A stretch of 64,000 bases of DNA from Gemmatimonadota bacterium (GCA_036679645.1 JAZDCY010000014.1:192001-256000), one strand, 5' to 3'; shown: positions 49,201 through 59,848, counted from the stretch's first letter. Numbers and translations are program-made. The notes: generated by a model from the letters alone, not told the origin.

Positions 49201-49947
49201 TCACCGCGCCTGCGCCTGGTCGGCGACGGCTCGGGCCGCCGCCGCGGCCGCTTCCGGATCGCCCAGGTAGTAGTGACGAATGGGCTTCAACGCCTCGTCC
49301 AGTTCATAGACGAGCGGAATACCGGTGGGGATGTTGAGCCCGACGATCGCCTCGTCGGATACGTCGTCGAGGTATTTGACCAGCGCACGTATGCTGTTGC
49401 CGTGCGCGGCAATGAGCACGCGTCGCCCGGCCGCGACATCGGGGGCGATCGTCTCGTGCCAGTAGGGAAGAAACCGTTCGACCGTGTTGGCGAGTGATTC
49501 ACTGCACGGTAGCTCGTTTGGATCCACGTTGGCGTAGCGCCGATCCCGCGACGGATGGCGTTCGTCATCGAGCGCCAGCGGTGGTGGCGGCGTCGCGTAA
49601 CTGCGACGCCAGACCTGAACTTGCTCTTCCCCATGCTGCTCCGCCGTCTCCGCCTTATTCAGCCCCTGCAGCGCCCCGTAGTGCCGCTCGTTCAGGCGCC
49701 AGTGACGGTGCACCGGCAACCACATGAGATCCATTTCACCGAGCACGATCCAGAGCGTCTGTATGGCGCGCTTGAGTACGGACGTGTATGCCACGTCGAA
49801 CGTGTACCCTTCCTCGCGCAGCAGGCGAGCGCTCTCGAGCGCCTCGTTCACTCCCCGTTTGGTCAACCCGACATCTGTCCACCCCGTAAAACGGTTCTCG
49901 TGGTTCCAGGTGCTCTGACCGTGACGCAACAGCACGAGTTTGGGCAT
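49201..49947 (-). CDS. gpmA: 2,3-bisphosphoglycerate-dependent phosphoglycerate mutase
   Basis: [33 protein letters not shown]. Confidence 0.97.
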   Translation of the reverse strand: MPKLVLLRHGQSTWNHENRFTGWTDVGLTKRGVNEALESARLLREEGYTFDVAYTSVLKRAIQTLWIVLGEMDLMWLPVHRHWRLNERHYGALQGLNKAETAEQHGEEQVQVWRRSYATPPPPLALDDERHPSRDRRYANVDPNELPCSESLANTVERFLPYWHETIAPDVAAGRRVLIAAHGNSIRALVKYLDDVSDEAIVGLNIPTGIPLVYELDEALKPIRHYYLGDPEAAAAAARAVADQAQAR

Positions 49948-50084
49948 GGCAATGACCGGATAGCGTGTTCGCGTTAAACCTACCGCCCGCGAGCGGACGC
50001 GGATAGCGCGGCCGGAAGTGTATGGCCCCGGTGCGGGACCATGAGTCTCGCCGATTAGCGCCAGCTAAGCCACCCGATGGCAAC

Positions 50085-50186
50085 GAGTTGACCAGACCGT
50101 ACCGCCAATTGACCGGCCGCACCCGAGAATTGACCTCGCCAACCGAGTAATTGACGGGTTGCACCATGCAATTGATCTGGAATTGA
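50085..50186. repeat. AATTGAC motif repeated at exact 21-bp period in divergent intergenic region
   Basis: TTGAC/TTGAT at 50088, 50109, 50130, 50151, 50172. Confidence 0.75.
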
Positions 50187-50404
50187 GGTTTCGCGGGTTA
50201 ATTGGCCTCGTGCCTTTGCCGGAAGTCTCCCGAACCGCATCGGGGTGCGCGTTACGCTCCCGCGCCCCGACACGTTCACCAAGTACGATTGCAACCCCGA
50301 CGACCGTTGCCGCGTCTAACAGGTAGTTCGAAACTCACGCGACGCGGTACCGAATGGCGTTGCAACCTGTATCAGTCGTCTTGCTTCGAGAACTGGGATC
50401 ATCA

Positions 50405-53044
50405 ATGAACGCAACGCATCTCACCGCTGGTTTGCTTCTTGTTGCGATTGCCACGCCGGCCGCCGCACAGCAACAGAGTCTTTCCAACGTCAGGACACCG
50501 AGCGCCACGACCGCTGTCGCTGTTCGCATACGTGCCGACGTTCCCAAGCTCGACGGACGGATGGACGAGGCCGTGTGGCAGAGTGCGTTGCCCTTCTCCG
50601 ATTTCACCCAGCGCGACCCCGACGAAGGGGAACCGGGGACGGAGCGAACCGAGGTTCGTATCCTTTATACTGACGCCGCGCTCTACTTCGGCATCCGCGC
50701 GTTCGACTCGGAGCCCGATGGAGTTCAGGCACAGCTCACACGGCGTGATGAGCACTCGCCGTCGGACTGGATCCAGATCGCCATCGACTCGTATCTCGAT
50801 CGACGCACCGCATTCGTATTCGCCGTTAACCCGGCGGGTGTGAAACGTGACATCTACTTCTACAACGACAACAATCAGGACCGGACGTGGGACGCGGTAT
50901 GGGATGTTGCGGTAGAGCGCGACGGCGAGGGCTGGGGCGCGGAGTTTCGTATTCCCTTTAGTCAGCTCCGGTTCTCCGAGTCCGAGTCACAGACATTCGG
51001 CCTCCAGGTCACGCGGACGATCAATCGGAAGAACGAGGTGCAGCACTGGCGTCTCATGCCGAAGACGGAATCGGGCGTCGTGTCGCGCTTTGGCGATCTG
51101 GTCGGGATCGACGGCGTATCTCCGCCGCGTCGTCTCGAGATCATGCCATACGTAGTGGCACGGCAGGACGTGAACGCCGGTGTCAGTGGCAATCCGTTCC
51201 AGTCGGGGCACGATAGGGTCGGGACGATGGGTGCCGACATCATTTACGGTATATCCTCGAACCTCACGCTCACCGCAACGATCAACCCCGACTTCGGGCA
51301 GGTTGAGGCGGATCCGGCGGTTGTGAACCTGTCGGCCTTTGAGACGTTCTTCCCCGAGCGCCGTCCCTTCTTCCTGGAAGGTGTGGACATCTTCCAGTTC
51401 CCGGGCAACGGCCAGAATTCGCTCTTTTACACACGTCGTATTGGGCGGCGCCCGCAGGGAAGCGCCGATCCGCGCAACGGCTTTGCACAGTCGATCTTCA
51501 ACACGACCATCCTGGGTGCCGCGAAACTCACGGGCAAGACCCAGAGTGGGTGGACCATCGGCCTCCTTGGGGCACAGACGGCACGAGAGACCGCCGACAT
51601 CCTGGGCGGGGACGGGCTCGACTACAGAGACGTCGTGGAGCCGGCGACGACCTATCTCGTGGGCCGTCTGCAGCGCGATCTGCGCGGTGGACAGACGGTG
51701 TTCAGCCTGTTCGGTACCGGCACGATCCGAAATCTACCGGACGAGGGGAACCTCGATTTCCTGCGTAGCCGCGCGTTCTCGTTCGCGGGCAGTTGGGAGC
51801 ACCGGTTCCGCAACGACACGTACTCGATTCGTGGCTGGGCTGGGGTCACCAACATCAGCGGCTCTGAGCTGTCGATCGAGTTGGCCCAACGCTCGTCGGC
51901 CCGCTATTTCCAGCGCCCGGACAACGACTACACGACATTCGACCCCACCCGGACCAGCCTCAACGGCTTTGGTGGTGAGATGACGTTCCAGAAGCACGGC
52001 GGCGGGAACTGGCGCTTTGCCACAGGGGTCGAGACCCGCTCGCCAGGATTCGAAGTGAACGACATCGGTTTCCAGAACAACGTAGACTGGATCTCGCAGT
52101 GGGCCTGGGTGCAGCGCCGTTGGGTGCAGCCGGGCAAGGTCTTTCGCCGGTTCATCGTCAACTTCAACCAGTGGTCTAATTACACGTATGGATGGGATCG
52201 CACCAATATCGGCGGTAACCTCAACACGAACTGGACCTTCCTCAACTACTGGGGTGGGTTCGGTGGTGTGAACTACCAGACCGGCGGTCTGGGAACAGGC
52301 GCCCTCCGCGGCGGTCCCGCGTTTATTCGCCCACCGAGTATAAACGGGTGGGCCGGCTTCAGCAGCGACGGGCGCAAGAAGGTTCAGATGTCGGCCGGAG
52401 GGTGGTACTTCCGGCAGTTCGCTGAAGAGACCAAGTCAGGCGGCGTCTGGATGGACATGACGGTCCGGCCGGCTGGGAACCTGAACCTCACATTCTCGCC
52501 CAACGTGAACTGGACCCGCGACGACTGGCAGTACCTCAGCACGCAGGAGGCGCTGGGCGAGACGCATTACCTCTTTGGCGACCTGTCACAGACGACAGTG
52601 GGCACACAGTTCCGTGGGAACGTGACGTTCACGCCTACGCTCTCGCTGCAGCTCTACGCCGAGCCGTTCGTGTCGTCGGGTCGGTACCTCGAGTACAAGC
52701 AGGTGGCCGACCCGCGGGCCGAGTTATACGCGGACCGCTTCGACAAGTTCAACGACGACCGCCTGATCGTCGATGGCGCGGATGTGTCCGTCGATCTCGA
52801 CCAGGACGGCACTGCTGACCTCGACATCGGGAACCCGGACTTCACCTTCGTGCAGTTCCGATCGAATGCCGTGCTGCGCTGGGAGTACCGCTCGGGATCG
52901 TCACTCTTCGTGGTGTGGCAGCACGGGCGCAGCGGATTCAACCGCGACGGTCGGTTCGACTTCTCACAGGGTGTCGGTGACCTGTTCCGGCAGCCGGGCG
53001 AGAACACGTTCGTGGTGAAGCTGAACTACTGGTTCTCACTGTAG
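50405..53044 (+). CDS. CBM9-like + DUF5916 outer membrane protein
   Basis: Signal peptide, LDGRMDEAVW, INPDFGQVEAD, FFPERRPFFLEG, LFYTRRIG, VLRWEY, terminal aromatic. Confidence 0.88.
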   Translation: MNATHLTAGLLLVAIATPAAAQQQSLSNVRTPSATTAVAVRIRADVPKLDGRMDEAVWQSALPFSDFTQRDPDEGEPGTERTEVRILYTDAALYFGIRAFDSEPDGVQAQLTRRDEHSPSDWIQIAIDSYLDRRTAFVFAVNPAGVKRDIYFYNDNNQDRTWDAVWDVAVERDGEGWGAEFRIPFSQLRFSESESQTFGLQVTRTINRKNEVQHWRLMPKTESGVVSRFGDLVGIDGVSPPRRLEIMPYVVARQDVNAGVSGNPFQSGHDRVGTMGADIIYGISSNLTLTATINPDFGQVEADPAVVNLSAFETFFPERRPFFLEGVDIFQFPGNGQNSLFYTRRIGRRPQGSADPRNGFAQSIFNTTILGAAKLTGKTQSGWTIGLLGAQTARETADILGGDGLDYRDVVEPATTYLVGRLQRDLRGGQTVFSLFGTGTIRNLPDEGNLDFLRSRAFSFAGSWEHRFRNDTYSIRGWAGVTNISGSELSIELAQRSSARYFQRPDNDYTTFDPTRTSLNGFGGEMTFQKHGGGNWRFATGVETRSPGFEVNDIGFQNNVDWISQWAWVQRRWVQPGKVFRRFIVNFNQWSNYTYGWDRTNIGGNLNTNWTFLNYWGGFGGVNYQTGGLGTGALRGGPAFIRPPSINGWAGFSSDGRKKVQMSAGGWYFRQFAEETKSGGVWMDMTVRPAGNLNLTFSPNVNWTRDDWQYLSTQEALGETHYLFGDLSQTTVGTQFRGNVTFTPTLSLQLYAEPFVSSGRYLEYKQVADPRAELYADRFDKFNDDRLIVDGADVSVDLDQDGTADLDIGNPDFTFVQFRSNAVLRWEYRSGSSLFVVWQHGRSGFNRDGRFDFSQGVGDLFRQPGENTFVVKLNYWFSL

Positions 53045-53117
53045 ACGGAAGGGCGGACAGGCGGAAGGGCGGAATGAACACCTTCCGCACTTCCGCACTT
53101 CCGCCCTTATTCCGCCC
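53045..53117. repeat. 8-bp-unit direct/inverted repeats (GGCGGAAG / CTTCCGCA)
   Basis: Visible in intergenic gap; can form a hairpin. Confidence 0.7.
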
Positions 53118-53705
53118 ATGCTCGACAGCATCGCGAACTTGATCGAGGCCTCGGGGCCGCTGGTCTACATCCTGGCCCCGCTGTTCATGGTCTTCGTCGC
53201 GATCCTGCCGCTCCCGGCGGAGGTCCCGGCGATGGTCAACGGCATGGTGTTCGGTCCGGCGCTGGGAACGGTGATGACGTGGGGCGGTGCCATGATCGGC
53301 GCTGCCGTGAGCTTCGAGCTCGCGCGACGCTATGGGCGGCCGCTCGCGCAACGGGTTCTCCCGGGAGATGCACTCGGCAAGGCCGACCGGTTCGTCGTCG
53401 CCACCGGATGGGGCGGGCTGTTGACCGCGCGCCTGATTCCCGCAATTGCGTTCACCGCGTTGAATTGGGGACTCGGTCTCTCAGGCGTGCCGCGCCGGAC
53501 GTTCTTATGGACCACCGCGGTCGGGATTCTGCCCGGAGCCATTGTCTTCACCGCGACGGGGACCGGATTGGGAGCGCTGTACCGCGCCCACCCGTCTGTG
53601 GCCTATGGGCTCGTTGCGGCGGCGCTAGTGGTGTTCGTGTGGGCGGGGGTGCGGTACTGGCGCAACCGGGAGGCTAATCCCTCGCGAGCGGAGCCGGCTC
53701 CCTAG
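53118..53705 (+). CDS. TVP38/TMEM64 (DedA/VTT) family membrane protein
   Basis: LPLPAE...GMVFG, FELARRYGRP, RLIP, FLWTTAVGILP. Confidence 0.88.
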   Translation: MLDSIANLIEASGPLVYILAPLFMVFVAILPLPAEVPAMVNGMVFGPALGTVMTWGGAMIGAAVSFELARRYGRPLAQRVLPGDALGKADRFVVATGWGGLLTARLIPAIAFTALNWGLGLSGVPRRTFLWTTAVGILPGAIVFTATGTGLGALYRAHPSVAYGLVAAALVVFVWAGVRYWRNREANPSRAEPAP

Positions 53706-54556
53706 CTACCGTTCTCCAAGGCCACCCTCATCTCGTTGGCCGACTCCCACCGTTCCTCGCGTACCTTCCTCAGCGCCTTGCCGATCCCTTCGGCGAGCAC
53801 GGGCGGCGTGTCCTTCCGGAACTCGCGTACGTCGGGCGCCTCCTCCGTTTGCTGCAGTCGCAGCACCGTCTCTTCGCGCTGGTGGACGAATGGCGGGCGT
53901 CCGGCAAGGCACTCGAACAGCACACACCCCATGGAGTACACGTCGGTTCGGTAGTCGATGTCCTCGGCCCCGGCAACCTGCTCGGGACTCATGTACGCTG
54001 ACGTCCCAACGGTGAAGCCCGACCGCGTGAGGCGCGTCGATCCCGCGGCCGCGATCGCCTTGGCAATGCCGAAGTCGAGCAGCATGGCCCCGTTCGCGCT
54101 CAGCACGATATTCTCAGGCTTGACGTCGCGATGCATGATACTGTTGGCGTGCGCATACCCCAGTGCGGCGAGCATGTCACTGGCAATACGACACGTGTCC
54201 GACACCGACGCGCGCCGTACCCGATCGAGGTGCTGACGTATGTTCGGCCCCTCAATAAAATCCATCACATAATAGATGAAATACTCCGCTTCGCCCGAGT
54301 CGAGCACCCGTGCAATCTGTGGGTGATCGAGTTCCCGCAGCATCTGTACCTCGCGCTGGAACCGATCTGCAGTGACCGTCACCGCCAACTCGGGATGGAG
54401 CACCTTGACCGCCTTGGGCTCACCGTTCGGGTCACGCGCAAAGAACACCCGCGACGCCCCACCGCGCGCAATCAGACGCTCGACCTTGTAACGGCCTTCG
54501 AGCGCCTCCTGAATCAGCGGGAGCAACTCACGACGGGCGATGGTACACCTCCGCAA
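53702..54556 (-). CDS. Stand-alone cytoplasmic Ser/Thr protein kinase
   Basis: AVKVL, HRDVKPEN, DFG, GTSAYMSPEQ, DVYSMG. Confidence 0.92.
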   Translation of the reverse strand: MRRCTIARRELLPLIQEALEGRYKVERLIARGGASRVFFARDPNGEPKAVKVLHPELAVTVTADRFQREVQMLRELDHPQIARVLDSGEAEYFIYYVMDFIEGPNIRQHLDRVRRASVSDTCRIASDMLAALGYAHANSIMHRDVKPENIVLSANGAMLLDFGIAKAIAAAGSTRLTRSGFTVGTSAYMSPEQVAGAEDIDYRTDVYSMGCVLFECLAGRPPFVHQREETVLRLQQTEEAPDVREFRKDTPPVLAEGIGKALRKVREERWESANEMRVALENGS

Positions 54557-54577
54557 TGAAAAGCCGTGGCATGACCG

Positions 54578-56638
54578 TCACAGCAGCAAGTCGTTCCGAA
54601 TCCGCTTCCGCACCGCCCACCACATGGCGAGGAGAACGCTGGTTTGCCGCACGACGATCTTTGCCTCGCCGGTGACGCCCGGATACAGTCCGTCAAGACC
54701 ACTGGGCACGCGGATCCGCGCCTCGAGCGCATCGCTGGAATCGGCCGCCGGCGCGACGGAGTGCACCGGGGCCTCAACCGCGCGCCGCGGTGTCGCGTAT
54801 GGCAGCAGCGACGCACGCTGCCCCGCCGCCACGAGCGTTGCCCCGGCCCGGTCGAGCGTCACGCGTAACTCCAAAGAATCGAGCACGCTGACGGACGCCA
54901 CCGTTTCCCCGGCCTCGAACGCCCGCCCAACTCGCTCGCGGAGCCGCCGCGTCACCAACACACCGCTCACCGGCGCGCGCAGGGTGAGCCGCCGCACCCG
55001 CTCGCGCGCCCCGAGCAGCCGGGCGGCCGCTTCGTCCCGCGCCAATTCCGCTTGGCGGAGCGCGGCATCAAGCCCGAGCGCTCGCGCGCGCAGCGCCGAC
55101 ACACCCAGCGAATCGACGACGCGCTCGAGCGACACAACCTCGCGTTCCAGTGTGAAGTTACGCAACCGCACCACCACCGCTCCGGCATCGACCGAGTCGC
55201 CTTCGCCAGCATAGATCTCCGTAAGCACACCAGCATCGGGCGACGTTAGCGGCGCCTCGAAAACTGGTGCTGCAACGAACCTGCCCTTCACGAGCAGCGG
55301 CCATGGGACTAGTACCGACATGACGAGGAGCACGACCGCGAGCCCAGCCACGGAACCGACTACGCGCCCCCTCAAGAGACGAGCACGATGCTCACGGAGC
55401 GATGTGGCGACAGCGCGTGCCCACTCGCGGATCGTGGTGCGCAACATTACCCAGAGAAGCAGCACGAAGCCCAGCACGCCGACCACACCGAAGGCCCGGC
55501 TGGCCCATCCCATTACCACCGTCGCCACGAGGCCGAGGATGGCAAAGATGTAAGCGATCGCCAGAACACCATACGTCACCAGCGCACGGCGTTCGCGAAG
55601 ATCCGCAACAGGGGGCTCGGGCACGTTGAGCCGAATCACATGGCGCCGGATGAGCCATGTGACGTGCGCCAGCGCCCGCTGCCGCAGGTTGGGGATCTCC
55701 AGGTAGTCACTGAGGGCGTAGTACCCGTCGAGCGGTATCAGCGGGTTTGCATTCGCGATCACCGTCGTCGCACCCCCGACCAGGACCGCAAAGAACGCCA
55801 CACGGGAGATCACACTCGACGGATCCACGATGACCCACACGATGGCGGCGATTCCCGCCACCACGAGTTGAATCCACGAGCCTGCCGCCGTGACCCAGAG
55901 CCGCTGCGAGAGTTTCGAGAAGGTCCATGCATCGTTGACGTTGCAGTAGAACGCCGGCTGGAAGTACAGCAGCATTGCGCCCAACTCGTGTACCTGTCCG
56001 CCAAAGTACTTGCACGTAACGCCATGTCCGAGTTCGTGTATGATGATGACGACCATCGCCGTCCCCCAGAAGAGGACGATGTTCTGGAGCGTGTAAAACT
56101 CGACCGAGTACATCGCCGTAATGCCATTGGCGATGTCCCCCCACCGCAGCACGAAAACGCCGAGGTATACGGCGAAGAGCGCAAGCGAGATACCAATAAA
56201 CGTCCGCGTGAAGAACAGCCGCAACACCGGCATCCAGCGGTCGAACAACTCGTCGGGATCACCCGCCGACCACCGCATGCGGAGCAGGCTCCCCTCGTAG
56301 TGCGTGCCCTTTACGCGCCGATGCCGTTCCGCACGCATTCGTTCCATGAGCAGCGTGGATTTCTCGCCGAGTGTGCGCTCGAACAACTCCATCTTGGAGA
56401 GCCGACCGGCGAACTTCTGTAGCTTCGCCTCGCTTAGCGGAAGCCCCTGCTCCGCCAACCCGGCGGCGAGTTGAGCGAACGTGTGCTCTCCTGTGAACTG
56501 CTGCATGATGAGGACTTCGAGTGGCTTGAAACGAAAGTACTTGTGGGTCTCCGGGTCCTTGACGATATACGTCTGCTCGCCCCGGTACTGCTGCACGACG
56601 ATAATCAGATCGTCGCGAAGTTTGGGTCGTCCCCTCAA
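54578..56638 (-). CDS. PqqD/RRE-like domain + M50 (site-2) metallopeptidase + HlyD-type membrane fusion domain
   Basis: N-terminal YIVKDP..YFRF winged-helix pattern, HELGH, NANPLIPLDGYY, lipoyl-like halves and LYPGVTGEAKI. Confidence 0.88.
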   Translation of the reverse strand: MRGRPKLRDDLIIVVQQYRGEQTYIVKDPETHKYFRFKPLEVLIMQQFTGEHTFAQLAAGLAEQGLPLSEAKLQKFAGRLSKMELFERTLGEKSTLLMERMRAERHRRVKGTHYEGSLLRMRWSAGDPDELFDRWMPVLRLFFTRTFIGISLALFAVYLGVFVLRWGDIANGITAMYSVEFYTLQNIVLFWGTAMVVIIIHELGHGVTCKYFGGQVHELGAMLLYFQPAFYCNVNDAWTFSKLSQRLWVTAAGSWIQLVVAGIAAIVWVIVDPSSVISRVAFFAVLVGGATTVIANANPLIPLDGYYALSDYLEIPNLRQRALAHVTWLIRRHVIRLNVPEPPVADLRERRALVTYGVLAIAYIFAILGLVATVVMGWASRAFGVVGVLGFVLLLWVMLRTTIREWARAVATSLREHRARLLRGRVVGSVAGLAVVLLVMSVLVPWPLLVKGRFVAAPVFEAPLTSPDAGVLTEIYAGEGDSVDAGAVVVRLRNFTLEREVVSLERVVDSLGVSALRARALGLDAALRQAELARDEAAARLLGARERVRRLTLRAPVSGVLVTRRLRERVGRAFEAGETVASVSVLDSLELRVTLDRAGATLVAAGQRASLLPYATPRRAVEAPVHSVAPAADSSDALEARIRVPSGLDGLYPGVTGEAKIVVRQTSVLLAMWWAVRKRIRNDLLL

Positions 56639-57597
56639 TGCGCCACCGGCGCCAGCCGTTCGCCGGCGGCGAGCCCGCGCACCACCTCGACACGCCCATC
56701 CTCGAGCGTCGCGCCCAACGTGACACTGCGCAGCGAGGTCCGCCCGCCCGCCCAGACGAGGACATAGCCCTCCTCCGCAACGACCCCAGCGGGGACGACG
56801 AGGATCTGGCGCCTGGTAGCGGCAAGACGCACACGGACACTGGCCCCCGGCTCTAGAGGAGTACCCCGCGCGAGCTGCACGACGACCTCCCGCGTACCGC
56901 TCGACGGATCGATCGTCGGTGAGACGCGGTCGACCGTCGCCGGATGTTCACTCCCATCCAACGAGACGACGGTAACCTCGGTCCCCCGTTCGATCGTGCT
57001 CGCACCTTCCGGGAGCTGCACCGATGCGCGCAGCGGTTGTAGCGCGCTGACCCGGAAGAGCGAGTCGAGCTCTTCCACCAGGCGTCCACGTCGCACGACG
57101 CGCGCGGTCACCACGCCGCTGAACGGCGCGATGGCGCGTGTCAGGTCGTAATTGCGCTGCGCCTGGCGGGTGCCAAGCTCCCACCGCCGATACTCCAGCT
57201 CGGCAAATTCGGAGTCGGCTACGGCTACGGCTCCCGTGCCCGCCAACTCGCGGAAGCGTTGAACCTGACGCTCTGCGTTGGCCAGGTTGGCCTGGGCGTC
57301 CGCGAGCGCAATCTCCTGATCGACGCTCTCGAGCCGGGCAAGTACCTGCCCTTCTCGCACGCGGTCGCCAATATCCACCAGCACTCGCTCGACGATGCCC
57401 ATGGATCGCGCGTACACGTACGCGTCGTGCTCCACATACAGTTGCGTCGGCAACTCGAGCGGCAGATCGACAGTGGCCGTGTCCACCACGATGACCGGTG
57501 CCGCCGCCACGGATGGCTCGGGGGTCTCCGGCACGGCGTCACCGCCGCACCCGCTGGTGATCCACGCCATCGCCGTCGCCGTCGCATACCATCTCAT
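56635..57597 (-). CDS. RND/HlyD periplasmic adaptor (MFP) lipoprotein
   Basis: ITSGC lipobox, VDIGDRVREGQVLARL, APFSGVV, VSPTIDPSSGT; 4-nt overlaps with both neighbours. Confidence 0.9.
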   Translation of the reverse strand: MRWYATATAMAWITSGCGGDAVPETPEPSVAAAPVIVVDTATVDLPLELPTQLYVEHDAYVYARSMGIVERVLVDIGDRVREGQVLARLESVDQEIALADAQANLANAERQVQRFRELAGTGAVAVADSEFAELEYRRWELGTRQAQRNYDLTRAIAPFSGVVTARVVRRGRLVEELDSLFRVSALQPLRASVQLPEGASTIERGTEVTVVSLDGSEHPATVDRVSPTIDPSSGTREVVVQLARGTPLEPGASVRVRLAATRRQILVVPAGVVAEEGYVLVWAGGRTSLRSVTLGATLEDGRVEVVRGLAAGERLAPVAH

Positions 57598-59531
57598 GGA
57601 ACGAGCCTCCACCAGAGCAACCGCGCCCACCGTGTGGGCGCTCGCAGTAGCCGGCTGAGCACCGAAGTCGGTGCGGTTAGCACCTTGGCGTGCGCTGCCA
57701 TGCCGGGTCGCAGGACGCCCTCGTCATTGGGAACGAGACCTCGGATAACGAAATACACCTCCGACGTCGTCTCGACCGGCAGCGGCGGCACGAAGGTCAC
57801 GCGCCCCTCAAACGTCCGCTGCGGCAGTGCATCCACACGCAACCGAATGCGCTGGCCGACCTCGACCCGATTGATGTCTCGTTGCCGCACTCCCAGCTCC
57901 AACTCGAGCGAGTCGGTGCGACCAAGGGCAAGAACCGACTCACCGGCTTCGGGTCTGGTGCCGACCAGTTCCTCGGGTCGCGCCGTCAACACGACGCCAT
58001 CGACCGGCGCGCGTACCGTAGTCGCCGCAATCTCTTCGTCCAGCAGCGCCAGCTGCCGGCCCAGTGACACCACACGCGCGCGCTGGATGCGCTCCGCCGT
58101 TGCATCGTTGCGTGCGTCCGCTGCCGCCGCGCTACGTTCGGCAATCTGCAGCGTCGCGTCAGCCGCCTCCCGATCCGCCCGCAGCTCTACAGCACGCAGC
58201 AGGACGAGCGGGTCGCCCCGCGTGACCGCCTGTCCCTCGCGCACCAGGACCCGTTCGATCACGCCCGGGACGATGGGCCGTGCCTCGGAATAGGTCGCGG
58301 CGCGGAATGTGGGTGCGGCACCCGTCACCCGGAACGGCCAGCGAATGAGCGTGATCGCGGCGAGCGCGACGAGAGCGGTCACTGCGTAGACGGCCACGCG
58401 GCGGCGCGGCAGCGCCAGCAGTTTCCTCTTCTTCTCCGCGAGGGCGCCCAGCATGTCGACCAGCGGCACCTGGTTGTACAGCTCGGCGTTGCGCAGTGCC
58501 ACGGCCGTCTGGTTGGCGAGAATCGCCACCATCTCGCGCTGCGTGTCGGAAGCGAACGCCGGTCGCTTCGCCTCGAAGAGCAGCACACCCAGGGCACCTT
58601 CTTCATCGACCAGTGGGAGATACAACCCACTGCGGATCTCATCCGTTGCCAGTCCCTCACCCGCCGCGTTGACGAAGGCCCGTTCGTCGTCGGTCGAGAC
58701 CGCTTCCCGGTCCGCCAGGTAGAAAGGCTCGCCACGCCCCAGGACCCAACTGCCGCGGTCCTGGAGCCGCCGCACCCCCGCGTCCTTGGGATCGATTTCG
58801 TCCTTCCCGGCGATCGCGCGGATCTCGTACTTGGCCCGGTCCACCAGGCCGATGGCGCCGATCTCGAAATCCAGCGCACGGGTGGCGAGGTTCACCACCG
58901 ACGTCAGGATACGATCGAGGTCCAGTGTGGAGGTGACCTCCCGGCTGATCTCGAGCAACATCGCGAGATCGTGCGCGCGCTTTTCGGCGGTGTGCAACTG
59001 CGCGTTACGCAGCGCGACCGCGGCACTGCGGGCCAGGCCCTCGAGGAGCAACCGATCGCCCTCCTCGAAGATACCGGCCCCAGTCACCTTGTTGGTGACC
59101 TGAATGGAGCCGACCGTTTGGCCCCGGACCACCATTGGCGCTGCCAGCACGCCGGTCGTGATCATGGTGCTGGATCGGTCCACGCGGTCCTGGAAGCGAG
59201 GGTCCTGCATGGCGTCGGCCACGATCGTGCTGCGCTGCTTCCGGGCCACATCCCCCACAAAACCTTCCCCGATGGGAACCTCGCTGCCCACCAGCTTCTG
59301 GCTTGCCGCGCCCAGCGCCAACCGGCAGCGCAAGATCTCCCCTTCGGCAATCCAGATCGACCCGCCCTGCGCCCCCACCGCGTCGAGTACTCTGTTGAAG
59401 ACCGTGGGCAGCAACTCGTCGAAATCGAGCGAGGATGAGAACTCTTGAGATATGGAATGCAGAAGGCGGAGGCGGTCGACTTCACCCTGAAGCCCGTCGC
59501 CAGCACCTGGTTGCACCGGATCGTCGTTCAT
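57594..59531 (-). CDS. GAF-GAF-HlyD family secretion adaptor
   Basis: Two GAF domains (SSLDFDELL...VALRNAQL; STLDLDRIL...VALRNAELY), TM, then HlyD motifs, LRPGMAAHAKV. Confidence 0.9.
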   Translation of the reverse strand: MNDDPVQPGAGDGLQGEVDRLRLLHSISQEFSSSLDFDELLPTVFNRVLDAVGAQGGSIWIAEGEILRCRLALGAASQKLVGSEVPIGEGFVGDVARKQRSTIVADAMQDPRFQDRVDRSSTMITTGVLAAPMVVRGQTVGSIQVTNKVTGAGIFEEGDRLLLEGLARSAAVALRNAQLHTAEKRAHDLAMLLEISREVTSTLDLDRILTSVVNLATRALDFEIGAIGLVDRAKYEIRAIAGKDEIDPKDAGVRRLQDRGSWVLGRGEPFYLADREAVSTDDERAFVNAAGEGLATDEIRSGLYLPLVDEEGALGVLLFEAKRPAFASDTQREMVAILANQTAVALRNAELYNQVPLVDMLGALAEKKRKLLALPRRRVAVYAVTALVALAAITLIRWPFRVTGAAPTFRAATYSEARPIVPGVIERVLVREGQAVTRGDPLVLLRAVELRADREAADATLQIAERSAAAADARNDATAERIQRARVVSLGRQLALLDEEIAATTVRAPVDGVVLTARPEELVGTRPEAGESVLALGRTDSLELELGVRQRDINRVEVGQRIRLRVDALPQRTFEGRVTFVPPLPVETTSEVYFVIRGLVPNDEGVLRPGMAAHAKVLTAPTSVLSRLLRAPTRWARLLWWRLVP

Positions 59532-59603
59532 GCCAATGGGTTACCTCCGCGTACAAGAGGCTCTCTCCGAGGCACGCTGTCAAGGCGGATGCGCCAAAAC
59601 GCG

Positions 59604-59638
59604 ACGCGCCGGATCCCCACCCAGGAGATCCGGCGCGT
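59604..59638 (-). terminator. 12-bp hairpin between peptide 1 and exporter operon
   Basis: ACGCGCCGGATC / GATCCGGCGCGT perfect stem. Confidence 0.6.
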
Positions 59639-59659
59639 GTCTGTGAAAAATCGGTGTTG

Positions 59660-59803
59660 CTACCCGAGGCGGAACGGGGCGATCCGCTCTTCCAGCTCTT
59701 CAGCGGTCAGCTCGAGGGCCTCGGCATCTTTGCCGGTGACTTTCTTGAGCTCCTCTTTCTGCTCATTGGTGAGCTCGATGCGGATTTTCTTCGCGTCGGA
59801 CAT
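59660..59803 (-). CDS. Putative precursor peptide 1 (47 aa, ELEERIAP-FRLG)
   Basis: AAGGAGG RBS; MSDAKKIRIELTNEQKEELKKVTGKDAEALELTAEELEERIAPFRLG; two paralogs adjacent. Confidence 0.88.
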   Translation of the reverse strand: MSDAKKIRIELTNEQKEELKKVTGKDAEALELTAEELEERIAPFRLG

Positions 59804-59848
59804 TACTGCCTCCTTCGAAGGGTTGTGACGGATGAATCGAACGCCACA

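Noticed and set aside
50085..50186. Mini CRISPR array
   Set aside because: Repeats only 6-7 bp and spacers 14 bp
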